From Camelus ferus (taxonomy: Eukaryota), in the NCBI RefSeq assembly GCF_009834535.1, contig NC_045696.1, positions 121,832,001 through 121,896,000 on the forward strand: a stretch of 64,000 nt of DNA, written 5' to 3'. The position numbers and the translations under genes were made by a program. The stretch's first letter is position 1; every line of letters starts with the position of its first letter. The notes under the pieces are model-generated. The model had not been told where the DNA came from, made no database searches, and saw only the letters and a program-made list of their open reading frames with translations. Below are positions 39,761 through 51,166 of the stretch, piece by piece.

Positions 39761-41321
39761 ATCTTATTCCTTTACAATGTGGAAAAACTCCCCATTCTCA
39801 CAAAGGAGTTTCTTTTTTCCATTTTAGGAAATTATAATGCTCCTTTGACAATTTTGTTTTCTAGTGGTTTCTTTCACGTGACAAAGGTATAATTTTATTC
39901 TTTGGAAGGACTAAGGCAACCAAATGAATACTGACTTTTACGTCCAAGGCCAAAAAGAAATCTAGTGGCTTTATTCCTTCCCTGCCATTCTCAGATTGAT
40001 GGAATCACTTCACTGATCTGTTCCAAGTTGAGGTGCAGGAAATTGTGTATGACTCTACAAGGCCCTGTCTTTCTTAGAGATGTCATGTCGCTGTTCTGTG
40101 AAGGTTTCCTGATTCCTCTTGTTTTTTGTTTTGTTTGTTTTGTTTCCTTTTTTTTTTTTAAATTGAGTTATAGTCAGTTTACAATGTTTTGTTGTTTTCT
40201 GTTCAGGAAATGGTGCCCATGTCCCATACACCTCATTGTTTTGGGCTTTTCCCCTGAGATTCCCACCTAAATTTTATGCCATGAATTGTTTTTGTTTACT
40301 AGGAAACTGAATTTTTAAAACTCATAAACAGCAAACAGCTCTCTTTTTCCTCATATTCTTCTGTAATTTCTGTTCCCTGAGGAAATGATCTGTCTCTTAG
40401 GACAGATTGAGACAGGGAGAAAGATTGAGGCAAGAAATACCTGGGGAAAACAATGATTATTTCAAAGATATTCCCCACCAGACTTAATACCCTATGGAAA
40501 ATGCTGGTCTAAAGAAAGGAGGGATAGCAACTCAGGAAGAAAAGTAGGTGTGTGGTAGGAATGCTGTCTCGAGTTTTGAGCATCACGTGTGCTCGGTGAC
40601 AATCATAGCCGTCAGTAAATCATGAAAACATTGTCTTTGTTGTCCTTTGTGCAGTCCTCTCCTACATGGACTCTTGAAAAGCCTCTTGCTGTTGGGAAGT
40701 CTTCCTCCAGCGTATGAAGAAGGCCGGGCTCGCTTGTTGAAGAGATGGGATCAACCTAGAGCCAGCGCCAAGCAACAGACATGTAAGTCAGCCCCAGCTG
40801 AGCTGCCGGTTGACTGCAGGTGCAGAAGTGACCTTAGCTGAGACCCAGACTGCCCCGATGAGCCTCCACCAAGGTGTTAATATGGACCATAAGCAACTAA
40901 AGTGGTTATCTAGCCCGTTTTTATTGAATCAATGTAAAAATGCAGAATACAATAGGAACGAATGTTTAACTATAGGAGGAATGGAAGATAGAAGAGAGGA
41001 AGGGTCAAATGTGATTATGGCGATTTCTAATCTTCAGGGACTTCAAAAATTGTGGACAGGCATCTGTGTAGACACATGGTAGATGGGGCCTCAGCCTCAT
41101 TCTGTCCTTGTGCCTTTTTCAAAATTATTTATCACTGTCACTGGCTTGGATTCCAGGGGTTGTTTTGAGGTCTGATGAATTGAAAGACAGTTATCTTAGT
41201 AAAGCACATTTTCAGGTATTAGACTCATCTAAATTCCTGATTGAGTAGATTTTCCTAAAGATTTCCTCAAAGCAGTGAGATAAATGTCATAAAACCAAAG
41301 TGTCAAAAATGCAAAGAGGTT

Positions 41322-41448
41322 GGGAGACTGTTATAGCTCAGTGGTTCAGCACGTGCTTACTACACATGAGGTCCTGGGTTCAATCCCCAGTACCGCCATT
41401 AAAAATAAATAAAATAAAAATAAATAAACCTAATTACGCTCCCTCCTA
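41322..41448 (+). mobile_element. tRNA-derived SINE (Vic-1-like)
   Basis: tagctcagtgg...gggttcaatcccc...aaataaacctaattac. Confidence 0.85.
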
Positions 41449-42089
41449 AATACAGAGTCTCATGATACATGTCCCCAGGTTCTTAATCTAAACTCTGCCT
41501 TATAAAATGGACTGCTGCAAGTTAGCTGTGATTCCTTATGCTCAAAAAATACTAGCTCTAGTCTCAGAAGAAATTCTAGTAGCCCTAATAATTACTTTTT
41601 TTTTTACAAATTAGTTTACATGCATTATTAATCTTTACAATAATCCTAAAATTTAAATATTGCTTTTATTCACACTTTAGAGAGGAAGAAACTGAAACTG
41701 AGCTAAAATAATTGGCCAAAGTTAGAACAGCTACTGAATAGTGGCCCAGGAGTTCATAGTCTGGAAAGGTGGTTTGATGTCAAGTCAAATCCTTTTTTCC
41801 TCAATGACACTGCTTCTTTTCAGCCTGTTTCAAAGGCACTGGAAACCTGTGGTGCCTCAGGGACCACAGAGCAGGAAAAAAAAAGGGGGGGGGGGATAAA
41901 CCAGGCAGTGCTCTGGGCCCCTCAGTCTAGTTTCAACCAGAGCACATCTGATATATATGAGTCCCATTTAAAGTTTTGTTTAAAAGAATTCCCAAACACT
42001 GTATTTTTTTAAAAACATTTCCCAAACACTATATTATACCATAATATCTCCTAATGCTATACTAGCAACTTCTTGAAGTCAGACCTGTC

Positions 42090-42386
42090 TTATCCTTTCT
42101 TTGGTCTCTCAGTACTGTGAACCCTCCCCTGACCTGGAGCATCATTGCTCTTGGGATGTGATTTGGGCTCCAGAACTGCACTGACTAAGGATCTCCCATG
42201 ACCCCTGGCAGCCTTGCTGTCTTTGTCACCAAAGGCAGTTAAATTATTCACATGGCCTGTAGACTTTTCAGTGTTTTTAGTGACATCACCTTTATCAGAA
42301 CTTACTGAGCTCTATCCCAGAAGGGAAGTGATATTTTCTCCCAATAGCTGGAGGCAGTTTTCCAGGAAAAATTGTACAAAAGCAGT
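42090..42386 (-). pseudogene. ARHGAP20-like last recognisable exon (TAFVQFFLENCLQLLGENITSLLG*SSVSS...)
   Basis: Acceptor ttgcag|; matches IQFLIENCLRIFGEEITSL. TAG at 42312-42314; the frame otherwise runs to TAA at 42090-42092. The 3' boundary is uncertain. Confidence 0.8.
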
Positions 42387-43574
42387 CTGCAACACAAAAG
42401 GGCAAAACAGGGTGCTATTTTACATATGGCATTGTTACAAATCACATTTCCTATCTAATTCTTTGATCTAAAAATTTGAAGAGAATTCTGAGAAAAATTC
42501 AGAGTTGATTTAGAAAATGTGTATACAGATCAGTTTTCTCTAAGAAATAAGTGATACTTTCAAGAGTACTTTGGGTACAGATTTTAAAATTCGTTTCATC
42601 AGTGAGCTATAGTTATAATTTGTGGCGTAGTTCAGTAGCTAACATTTTTGTAATGTTGGTTACATCTTCAAAACTAGGATGCAAGTCACTCATGAAGGAT
42701 ACTTGGGGTGAAGATGTATATTCCCTTACTAAATTTCATTTATTTGTTTTTATTTTATTTTTTCCAGTTTTATTGAGATAAATTGGCACATAACATCTTA
42801 TGAAAATTAGTAAGGCATCCAATTGACAAAACTTGTGAAATTCACTTCTTAAATGAAGAAATGTGTGAACTTGAGAGGTAGAGATTTCTGTGTTTTTGTT
42901 GTTGTTGTTAAGGAAGGAAGCAGCTGGAGAGAAAATGTGTTTGTTTAAGTGCATTGCCGTGTCTCCCGTTTGCTGTCTGGGTGAGCTTGGGGCAGAGCTG
43001 TGAACTTATCAGGCCTGTTGTGGCTCTGTTAGGATGTTCTGGACACTTTTACTAGCCCCCTCACCCTGCAGTGGGGGTGACACAGGAACTGAGTATCCTA
43101 CTGAGGGACCACAGCTGGCAGAGGAAGGCCAGTGTGTGTGGAGTGTGGGTGCTCATACTGCCCAAGCCACCGAGATGAGCCAGCAGTGACCAGAGGAGCT
43201 GGGTGGTGTTGTCACTGTGTGATGATGAAACCATGGGAACTTCACCCTAGTTCACACTCCCTCAGTGATTAGGCTGAGAGTTGAACCCTGGCTGCCAGAC
43301 CCCAAAGCTCAGGTTCTCTTCTGTCCCATCATCCTGCTCTTATCTCTCTGTGGTTCAGTCTCCTGGATGGGAAAGCAGAAATGCCTCCACTGCTCTCAGT
43401 TTCCCACTTGATAACCCACCTTCCCACCCGCCAGATCAATGACTCTGCCACTCCAGGGGAGTGTATTTAAAATGTGCACTTGAAAAAACTGGTCCATCAC
43501 GGTTAGTACCACAGATTTTAGGTTCAGAGTGGGGACTGGGCTCCACAAGGCATAAAAACGAGAGGTCTCATTAC

Positions 43575-43764
43575 CTCTTTTGTGAAGTCCTTTTCTTATT
43601 CTGAGCTGGTGGCATGAGGTGGACCAAGAAGACTTGGGGCTGTACACAGTGATAAATTGTAAGCTGTCATCTGATTGGTTGAGGAATGTTGTTCAGTGTT
43701 GTGCAGCACTGCAAAAAGGTACTGCAGGAGAACAATGTTGGCTCTTGGCAGCTGGTCTGAGAGC
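43575..43764 (-). pseudogene. ARHGAP20-like RhoGAP exon (LSDQLPRANIVLLQYLF...NQMTAYNLSLCTAPSLL...SSE*EKDFTKE)
   Basis: Flanked by ctgtag| and |gtaatg. Carries the NxMxxxNL motif and an in-frame TAA at 43596-43598. Confidence 0.92.
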
Positions 43765-44298
43765 CTACAGACAAAAAAATGCACTTCAGAATAAAGCAAG
43801 TCATTTCTCATAGGAAGAGGAAATACAGAGACAGAGAACAGAGTACTTTGTAAACCATGTACACAGTCTCCTCTCACAGAGTTCTAAGCATGAATGCATA
43901 CAGAAATGTTTCATTGATTTTAATTCCTGAACCAGATAAGAACTTCTCTTGTTGATTAAGTGTTTGACAAAGTTAAGATCATATCACTGGCAGATTCATT
44001 TTCTGGCATCTCTTATTAGGCCAGTGGATTGCATCTCCAGCAGTCCCATGTCTTCAGCAGGTGTAAAATGGTCATGGATTCCATATTAATAAGATTAGGA
44101 GAAAAACAGAATTCAGTAACAGCAGTAATGCATGCTGCTCTTTTTCATCTGGCCTCTATGGGTAGCAAATGAAACCCTTTGACATTGGTCATTAGTGTAG
44201 TGGACAAAGTGGTAAACTATAAGCTGATCTTTTCCTAAGAGGATGTTGGTTGTATTTTTGAGGTGTGACCAGAGTAGAGGAATTAACTGCATCATTAC

Positions 44299-44408
44299 CT
44301 CTGGGTTGCAGTTATTTTTTCCTCCTCATTCCCTTGATCAAGAACACAGAGCCATTTATCGTAGAGACTGGCTGGAAATACACTTCCTTGGATATTTCGA
44401 AGAAAATC
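44299..44408 (-). pseudogene. ARHGAP20-like RhoGAP exon (DFLRNIQGSVFPASLYDKWLCVLDQGNEEEKITATQR)
   Basis: 110 nt between AG| and |gtaatg, with the typical RhoGAP DFLRxI...LYxKW helix. Confidence 0.9.
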
Positions 44409-45384
44409 CTTACATAGGTAAAAAAAGATACATATATATCTTTTTAAAAAGATAAAAAAGATATACACACACATATATACACACATACATATATATATAA
44501 TTACGATAAATATATATTGGAGAAATAACAGAGAAAACATTTAGTTGAAAAATTCAGTTCAGGCCCCACTTCCTTCACAACTGCCAAACTGGTAGAGCCT
44601 GGCTCTGACTTTGCAGACTTGCACACCCAGAAGCAGGAGCTTGGATTTTCTCTGTCTAAAATGAGAAGCATCAAAGTGGAGTCTAGACCGCAGTGAGAAT
44701 GACGAGAAAGCCCCTACCAGCACCTGGACCTTACTCTTTGTGTCCATTTTAGCACAACAGTGCAGACTGACCAGGTCTGGTGACAACTCGTCCTAAATCC
44801 TGTTAGTGTCTTGAAAAGCAATGCGCACACCCATGTTACTTGTTTACGTTAGACACGGTGCTTGCTCTTAATTCAAGTAAGAGAGGTTCTGAAACAGAAC
44901 ACACCCCCCTCCACTCTTGCACACATACTAAGAGAGAACTGGGCCTTCTGACTTGAGGTATGTGTGCTTCATGGGGAAAAATACTCATAATAGCTTCAGT
45001 CTTCCTTTTTAAAACTGTATAAAAGTTCATTTTGCAGACTTTTAAGCTGCAGGTGTTAGAAACATATCAAAACCCCCAATGGGTACCTACCTGTTAACCC
45101 TTATAATTCCTTGAATGAATCATATCCTCTGAAATGGGAAACTTAAAATTTAGATATATTGCAACTTCAGGCCTCTGAGTGTCAGGGCTAGAGGTACGCA
45201 AATGTAAGCTTCCTAAGAGGAGGCCTGGAAAATTCCTCACTTCAGAGGGCTGATGAACAAGTCGTTTTTTTTTTTTTTTTTTTTAACTAAAGTATAGTCA
45301 GAGACAATATGTCAGTTTCTGGGGTACAAGCCTTTATATCACAGAATTGGAACTATTAAAATTTATGAAGTCGTAGTTTTCTTC

Positions 45385-45503
45385 CCTGGGGGATAAGGTG
45401 GTAATTGGGTTTATTTATTATTTATTGATGGAGGTTCTGGGGAATGAACCCAGGACCTCATGCATGCTAAACATGCCCTCTACCATTGAGCTATACCCTC
45501 CCC
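45385..45503 (-). mobile_element. tRNA-derived SINE (Vic-1-like)
   Basis: Reverse copy: gaacccaggacctcatgcatgc...gagctataccctccc. Confidence 0.85.
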
Positions 45504-47200
45504 ACCCCCAAAGTTGTCATGTTTTGTGCAAGACTGAGGGGGAATTTTTGCACCACCTTGCTAGTTTCAAAGGCACACCATGCTTCCACTGGTCTCACTC
45601 CATAGCCCCAGGCTTCTCTTAATGGTAGCTTGTTCAGGAAATGCCTCTAGGTAACTGTCATGATTATAGTCCTGTAAGTGTTCACTTGTTCCAGTACTTA
45701 CTGAGCTGCTGTGTGTGCCAGCCTCTCCTGAGCTCTGCAGATAGAGCAGTGACGGCAGTGGACAAGGTCTCCATCCTCTCGTACCTCTACTATGTTCTTG
45801 GTGTGCAGCACCCTCTCTTGTCATTGGGGTTTTTCACCGTGTTTCCAGTGTGTGTGGAGGGAGGAAGCGTTCCAGCTGTGGCTGGTTCCGGGAGTCTGGG
45901 AAGGGACAGCAGGGCCTGTGCCTCATGTGTACAAACTCCATACCCTGGGAGCATGTGTCTCGGCTTTCCTGGACCCTGTGCTGTGGAGCCCATGGGTGAG
46001 GCTGAGTGTGGTTGAGCCAGAACGTGACTCAAGTCAGCCTCTTGCTATTCTGTGCTTATAATGGGAAATAGGCAAGAGCCTCTTACTAGATGATCAAATT
46101 AATTCCATGTGCATTTACATAGGGCAACGCTCACCTTGCTATTTGCATACCTTGTGTGTATTATTATGGTGCGAGTGTGGTAGGCATCATCTCTGAGTCA
46201 TTTCTGAACTGTTGCTATTTATCCCACAATTGAATTATGATCAAACATTATTAGTGGACAAGGAAAGACCAAATGTAATGGAGTTTCTAAGATAACTTTA
46301 AAACCTGTTTGTAGTCATTACTACATGAACAGATTTTTGTTCAGAGCTGCTAACAAGTACCAAGATGGATTGAGTAAATTATTTTTCTGGTCTATGATTC
46401 CCTTTGTAGAAATGTAACTGGATACCTGACTTAGCTGTATCATTTCAAAATCAATCTGTTTCTTAAATAAATCCAATGAATTTTCAGAATTCCAAACTAA
46501 TTTTGACTGCTGTGTCCACTTTAAAAGACAGATTTATAAGAAGAGGCCTGTGGTAGGAGCTGGTTACCATGTAACTCTAACCCTGGGTGGTGGGTGAAAC
46601 ATAACAGACATTAACAAGGGAAGCCAAGGTGGGAAAGGAGGTGAAAGGAAGCACACATGGTGCAGCCCTCCCTACGCTAGCTTTAAAGTAAAAGGCATTA
46701 AGAGATGGGGAAGGGAGGGTGATGAAATGATGACAGATTTCGATGGCCTTCCTGAGCAGGTTTTGATTCATTGTAAGGCAAATGTTTACTTACTTTGGTA
46801 AGCTGCCATAACTATTTCCAAAAGCTTAATATGAATTTTCTTTTGGAAACTTTGCCTTCATTAGGAAGACAGTAAGGAAGTCCTCAAAAGCAGAAAGCTT
46901 GTTTAGGTACACTTTGTACAGGTGTGTGTGTGTTTTGAAATTTATTATTTATTTATTTATTTATTTGCATGGAATGTTCAGGAGTGAACTTGGGGAGAGG
47001 GTTGTGATGAAAAAGGAAACTATACCTAACATATGGGACTTTAACACCCAAAGGACTTCCTTAAAGTTGACTGTGAGGTATTTTCCAGTTTTTCAGCTCC
47101 TTCATCTATTACATCTGTTGCTCTGGGCAGCCATGACCAAGGAGCAGTCACAGAGCTCCAGAGTCACTCTGTGTGCGGATAAGGCTAGAACTTTCCCTGC

Positions 47201-47363
47201 CTTTAAGACAGATGCCACCACAAGAACACACTCATTCTCCAAGTTCACTTTGTTCCCCAGAGTTCAGCTTCTCCTTTAGGGCTCTGCATGATTTTGTACT
47301 GGCTGATTTTCTGAAGATGCCTTCTGTCAGTGGCCCTTTTTTATGGATAAACTTAAGCATCTC
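47201..47363 (-). pseudogene. ARHGAP20-like RhoGAP exon (EMLKFIHKKGPLTEGIFRKSASTKSCRALKEKLNSG-NKVNLENECVLVVASVLK), frameshifted
   Basis: Contains the arginine-finger motif EGIFR. A 1-nt insertion after NSG makes the exon 163 nt. The donor is GC. Confidence 0.9.
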
Positions 47364-47836
47364 CTCAAGGGAAGAAAAGAAAAGAGTATGGCATTTCACA
47401 TCTCCCAGCCCGGAGCACAAGCTTGTCTTCTTTTTGAGAGACCTAGAGCTGGAGGGACTAAAGCCAATTTGGAATTTTTTTTTTTTTTTTTTTTTTAGTG
47501 TCTCTAAGTGTATTTTCTACCCAGCAATCCATTTTAAATTGATACACTGAAATATTTTAAACATTTTGTGTAATCCCACTTGAGGGAGAGAGGGACAAGT
47601 ACTCTGACCTAGGGAACAAATCAGATACGGAAAACAATCTCTCCCAGCAGAATCACTGCCTAGAAATACTGGAGATTTCACTTGAAACAAGTTTAACTTA
47701 GAAGGACTGCTGCATTATTTTAGAGTCCTCCAGGAGAAGATAAAGCAAAAAATGTTTGAAATAGTGTTGCTACTGGCAGGTACTATGCTTGCACTTGACT
47801 CCTGGTTCCATGGAGGAGGCAGGGTCCCAGGTATGT

Positions 47837-47838
<2 letters not shown>

Positions 47839-47891
<53 letters not shown>

Positions 47892-47920
47892 ACACACACA
47901 CACCACACACACACACACAC
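47839..47920. repeat. Interrupted (CA)n microsatellite
   Basis: Long AC run with two single-C interruptions. Confidence 0.95.
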
Positions 47921-48541
47921 GGAGCTAAATCTGTTCAAAATTGTATTGCAGATAAGAAAAGAGAGTTAATAAAAATCTTTTAAGGTTTAAGATTGGAAAC
48001 ACTTTGTCAGTGTCCCTTAAATAGGCATACATATGTAGGCAAATAACCCCAGTTCTACATTAAAATAGAAGTTTTTCTTGTTTAGTGAGATTGATCACCT
48101 TAAGCAAAGGAACATTACAAAAATAAAATAAACTGAGCTCTGTAATTAATTAGTATCCCCACCTTTATCCTAAAACTACTCACTCTCTTTCAATATTTAA
48201 TTTTGATTCAGGTCATATATATATCATGTAGGTTAGAAATCAGTGCAGAGGTGTGCTTTACTCAGTAATATAAATTCAATTGTATTTTAAGTGTATATTA
48301 AATTTGAATTGCTCAGTAGTCAAATGAATTTCTTATACCATATTCTGGTTTCCCTGATTATTTAAGGGGCTTCATTATACCACTGAGTCAGACAAAACTT
48401 AAATACAAATATTGTAATTATGGCATGTCACAATAGCAAGATGTTTTCCCATTTACAGAGAATTTATATAAGCAGCTGTGCTTTCTCCAGTTTTGTCATC
48501 TGAATGTCAGTCTCCCTCTCTTTTCCTTTGCACAACCTCAC

Positions 48542-48596
48542 CTTCAAATATAGCCACCTCCTTCACCAAGAAATTTTCCAACAACTCACAGCAGCC
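48542..48596 (-). pseudogene. Possible degraded ARHGAP20-like RA exon (GCCELLENFLVKEVAIFE)
   Basis: Flanked by ttgccag| and |gtgagg, with the position and phase (0/1) expected for the GSERDYQLWVNSGKEEA exon. Sequence similarity is weak. Confidence 0.35.
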
Positions 48597-49260
48597 CTGG
48601 CAAAACATAAAGGAGCAGACACTTGAAAGCAAAAAAAGGTGAAAGTGATGTGTACACAGATGTCCCCAGATCCATGGTCTTATTCACAACTTTCCCCTTT
48701 ACCAATTCACAATAGGCATTAGCTATCTCATTCTCAGGACCTGCCTCAAGGGGATGTAGCTTCTAGCCAGCTGGCTTTATGTCAAAATTTAGAGCAAAAC
48801 ACCTCATTTAGGATCTATCATACCAAGATTGAGTCCTCAGGTGACAATCAGGATAAATGGGGATGGGATGGGAGGTATCAAGGAAGAAGATACAGAAAGA
48901 ACAGTCCAATGGAGGAGGGAATATTTAGAATCTTATAAATATTGTGTCATTTCTTGTATAATGTATACAGTAAAGAGGATGTTATTAGCACTCTAAAATT
49001 ACAGCCTGAATTCATTATGCTATCACTTTCAGCTTGCACAAAATTTAAAATGGGAATACAAGAATAACACTATTGTATAGGCTGATAACCTAGCTTGCTG
49101 CTTTCAGTTTCCAAATTCAGGGGGACTAAATATGACTTACCTGTCCGTAATAGCTGTCTCATGATGGGAGGTACATCATACACATATGCACACATGCACA
49201 CACACGAATCTCAAAAATTAAAGTTGATTTTTAACTAGAAAGAACTAGCAGGTAACTTAC

Positions 49261-49338
49261 AGTTACTCCTAGCATTGAGAGTGACATGTTGATAACATCA
49301 TTCACTGTGTCTGAGTTTGTTACTGTGATAGTTACAGA
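49261..49338 (-). pseudogene. ARHGAP20-like exon, RA domain (SVTITVTNSDTVNDVINMSLSMLGVT)
   Basis: 78 nt between tttacag| and |gtaagt. Matches SKTITVMNSDTANEVINMSLPMLGIT. Confidence 0.88.
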
Positions 49339-50405
49339 CTGTAAAAAAGAAATGAGAAAAATTGCTATAAATTAAAGAAATTAAAGGTGAGTAAATAATT
49401 ACTGTCAAATTATTTGTATTCTAAAGGCAAAGCTTGTGTTCAGGCAGTGACAAAGTACAGCACATGTAGAGCACAGCCCCCTACTTACAATTTATTTTCA
49501 TTTCTTTATATAACATGAAGCTAGTAAAAAGCATTTCAGTAAATCAGGTGTTTCTCCTAAAGGATTTGTGGCACACAAAATATGATAGCTTAAGCTAGAG
49601 AGGAAAAGGCTGAGAATTCCCGGAGGGCACGTGGCCTGTTCCTGAGCACCTCAAGGCTGGTTCAGTTAATGACACAGTGGGGACATGAATGGTCAGTGTT
49701 AAATTTACTAAATGTCATAGCTGCCTGCTGGTTATATGAGAGAATATCCTTATTCTTTGGACATACCTAAGTGTTTTAGGATAAAGGGCCATGGTGTATA
49801 TGTGACCATCAAAAATAGTTAGACACACACACAGAGTAATAGAGGGGACAGCAAGAAATAAGGCAAAATTTTACTAAACAGGTGAATGTAGGTAAAGGGT
49901 AAATGGGGTGATCTTTGTATTATTTTTTTTTTTAACTTTTCTGCAAGTTTTCAGTTATTCCAAATAAAACGTCACAGGAAGAAATGACTGTAAAACAACC
50001 CAAACCACAATGTATGTAAGTAGTGGTGACAGAATAAACGTGTTTAATTCCAATAGGAAATGCCTGCTTGTGAAAATCACTTTATTACAAGCCAGTGTAA
50101 TTGCTATTAGAAGGATCCAGAGACATAATACAGACACTTTACAGGCACTTTCTTTCCATGCTTAAGCGCTGTCACTGTGGTGGGTTCTTCTTGCTTCATT
50201 TTGCCTAGGATTCACTTTTTATAGATGCAAAGACACATTTTTCCAGGAAAATACATGCTCCCATGTAGTACTTTCTAAATACTCTCTCCTTCCCCTCCCT
50301 TCCTTTCTCCCTTCCACTCCCCCCATCTTCTCTTTCTCTATTATCAGTTTCATTTTGCTAAGTCAGGAACCTGGAATTTAAGTTAATGGTCCTAAAATCA
50401 CTCAC

Positions 50406-50490
50406 ACAGGCACAGTTCTTGATGTCCTCAGTGCAGATTTTGAGGGAGATGCATTTTGGCTGGTCCTTCTCTTTGGCTAGATTGATGTAC
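50406..50490 (-). pseudogene. ARHGAP20-like exon (YINLAKEKDQPKCISLKICTEDIKNCAC), acceptor lost
   Basis: Matches YINLEKEKDYPKSIPLKIFAKDIGNCAY. Donor is GTGAGT; the acceptor reads AT instead of AG. Confidence 0.85.
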
Positions 50491-51124
50491 ATAATCAAAT
50501 CCAATAATAACCCAAAGTGGAGTCAATGAATTAGCTATTAGCTTATTTTAAATCAATGTATATTGCTAATATTTTAAATATACTTTGTTATCTTTAAAGC
50601 ATATGAATAGACTCAGCAAAATCAAATCAGGGGCTGGGAGAAAATATGCAGAAATATTTCAGGAAAATAAGACATGACCCAGAAAATAACAGGTTGCCTT
50701 GTCATGTAAGATTTGAGCAGCAGGTCCAGTCCTCAAAGCTTCTCCTGCCTAGATTGGAGGGCCCAGCACCTTCCTGGGTGCCCAGGGAGGAAGAAGCAGT
50801 TGCTCTGAGAATCACTCCGTACAGTAAGCAACCTGCACTTATGGATGTTTAATATATATCTTGAGAGTAATGTTAGCTCTAAGCATTAGGATGGAGAGAA
50901 GGGGAAGAGGAGAGTGATATCCAGGAAAAGCAAAAATAAGCAGAACATAAATGTAAAAAAGAGCATATTTGCAGTAGCAGCCAGGGTAAATCTAAAGTTA
51001 CTTGAGGGTAGTCTCTCAATTCCTACCAAGAAGAGGAATAAAAGTTTGGGGGGCACTGCTTTTGAAAGATTTGCACTCTTACATCATGGATTAAAGATTT
51101 AAAATATGTACACTGACAAAATAC

Positions 51125-51166
51125 CTTTGAAGTAACGAGCACCATTTTCCCTTTAGTTCTGAAGAA
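51125..51166 (-). pseudogene. ARHGAP20-like exon, PH end (SSELKGKWCSLLQR)
   Basis: 42 nt between atgcag| and |gtat. Matches ARHGAP20 SPEQKDKWLSLLQR. Confidence 0.8.

Noticed and set aside
38817..39892. Overlapping 100-195 aa ORFs in the CpG island, considered as IGFBP1 exon 1
   Set aside because: They are low-complexity products of stop-poor GC-rich DNA, with no signal peptide or GCGCC motif.
21009..45503. tRNA-like A/B-box sequences (21009, 25942, 41322, 45385)
   Set aside because: They have A-rich tails or TSDs and no full cloverleaf, so they are SINEs, not tRNA genes.
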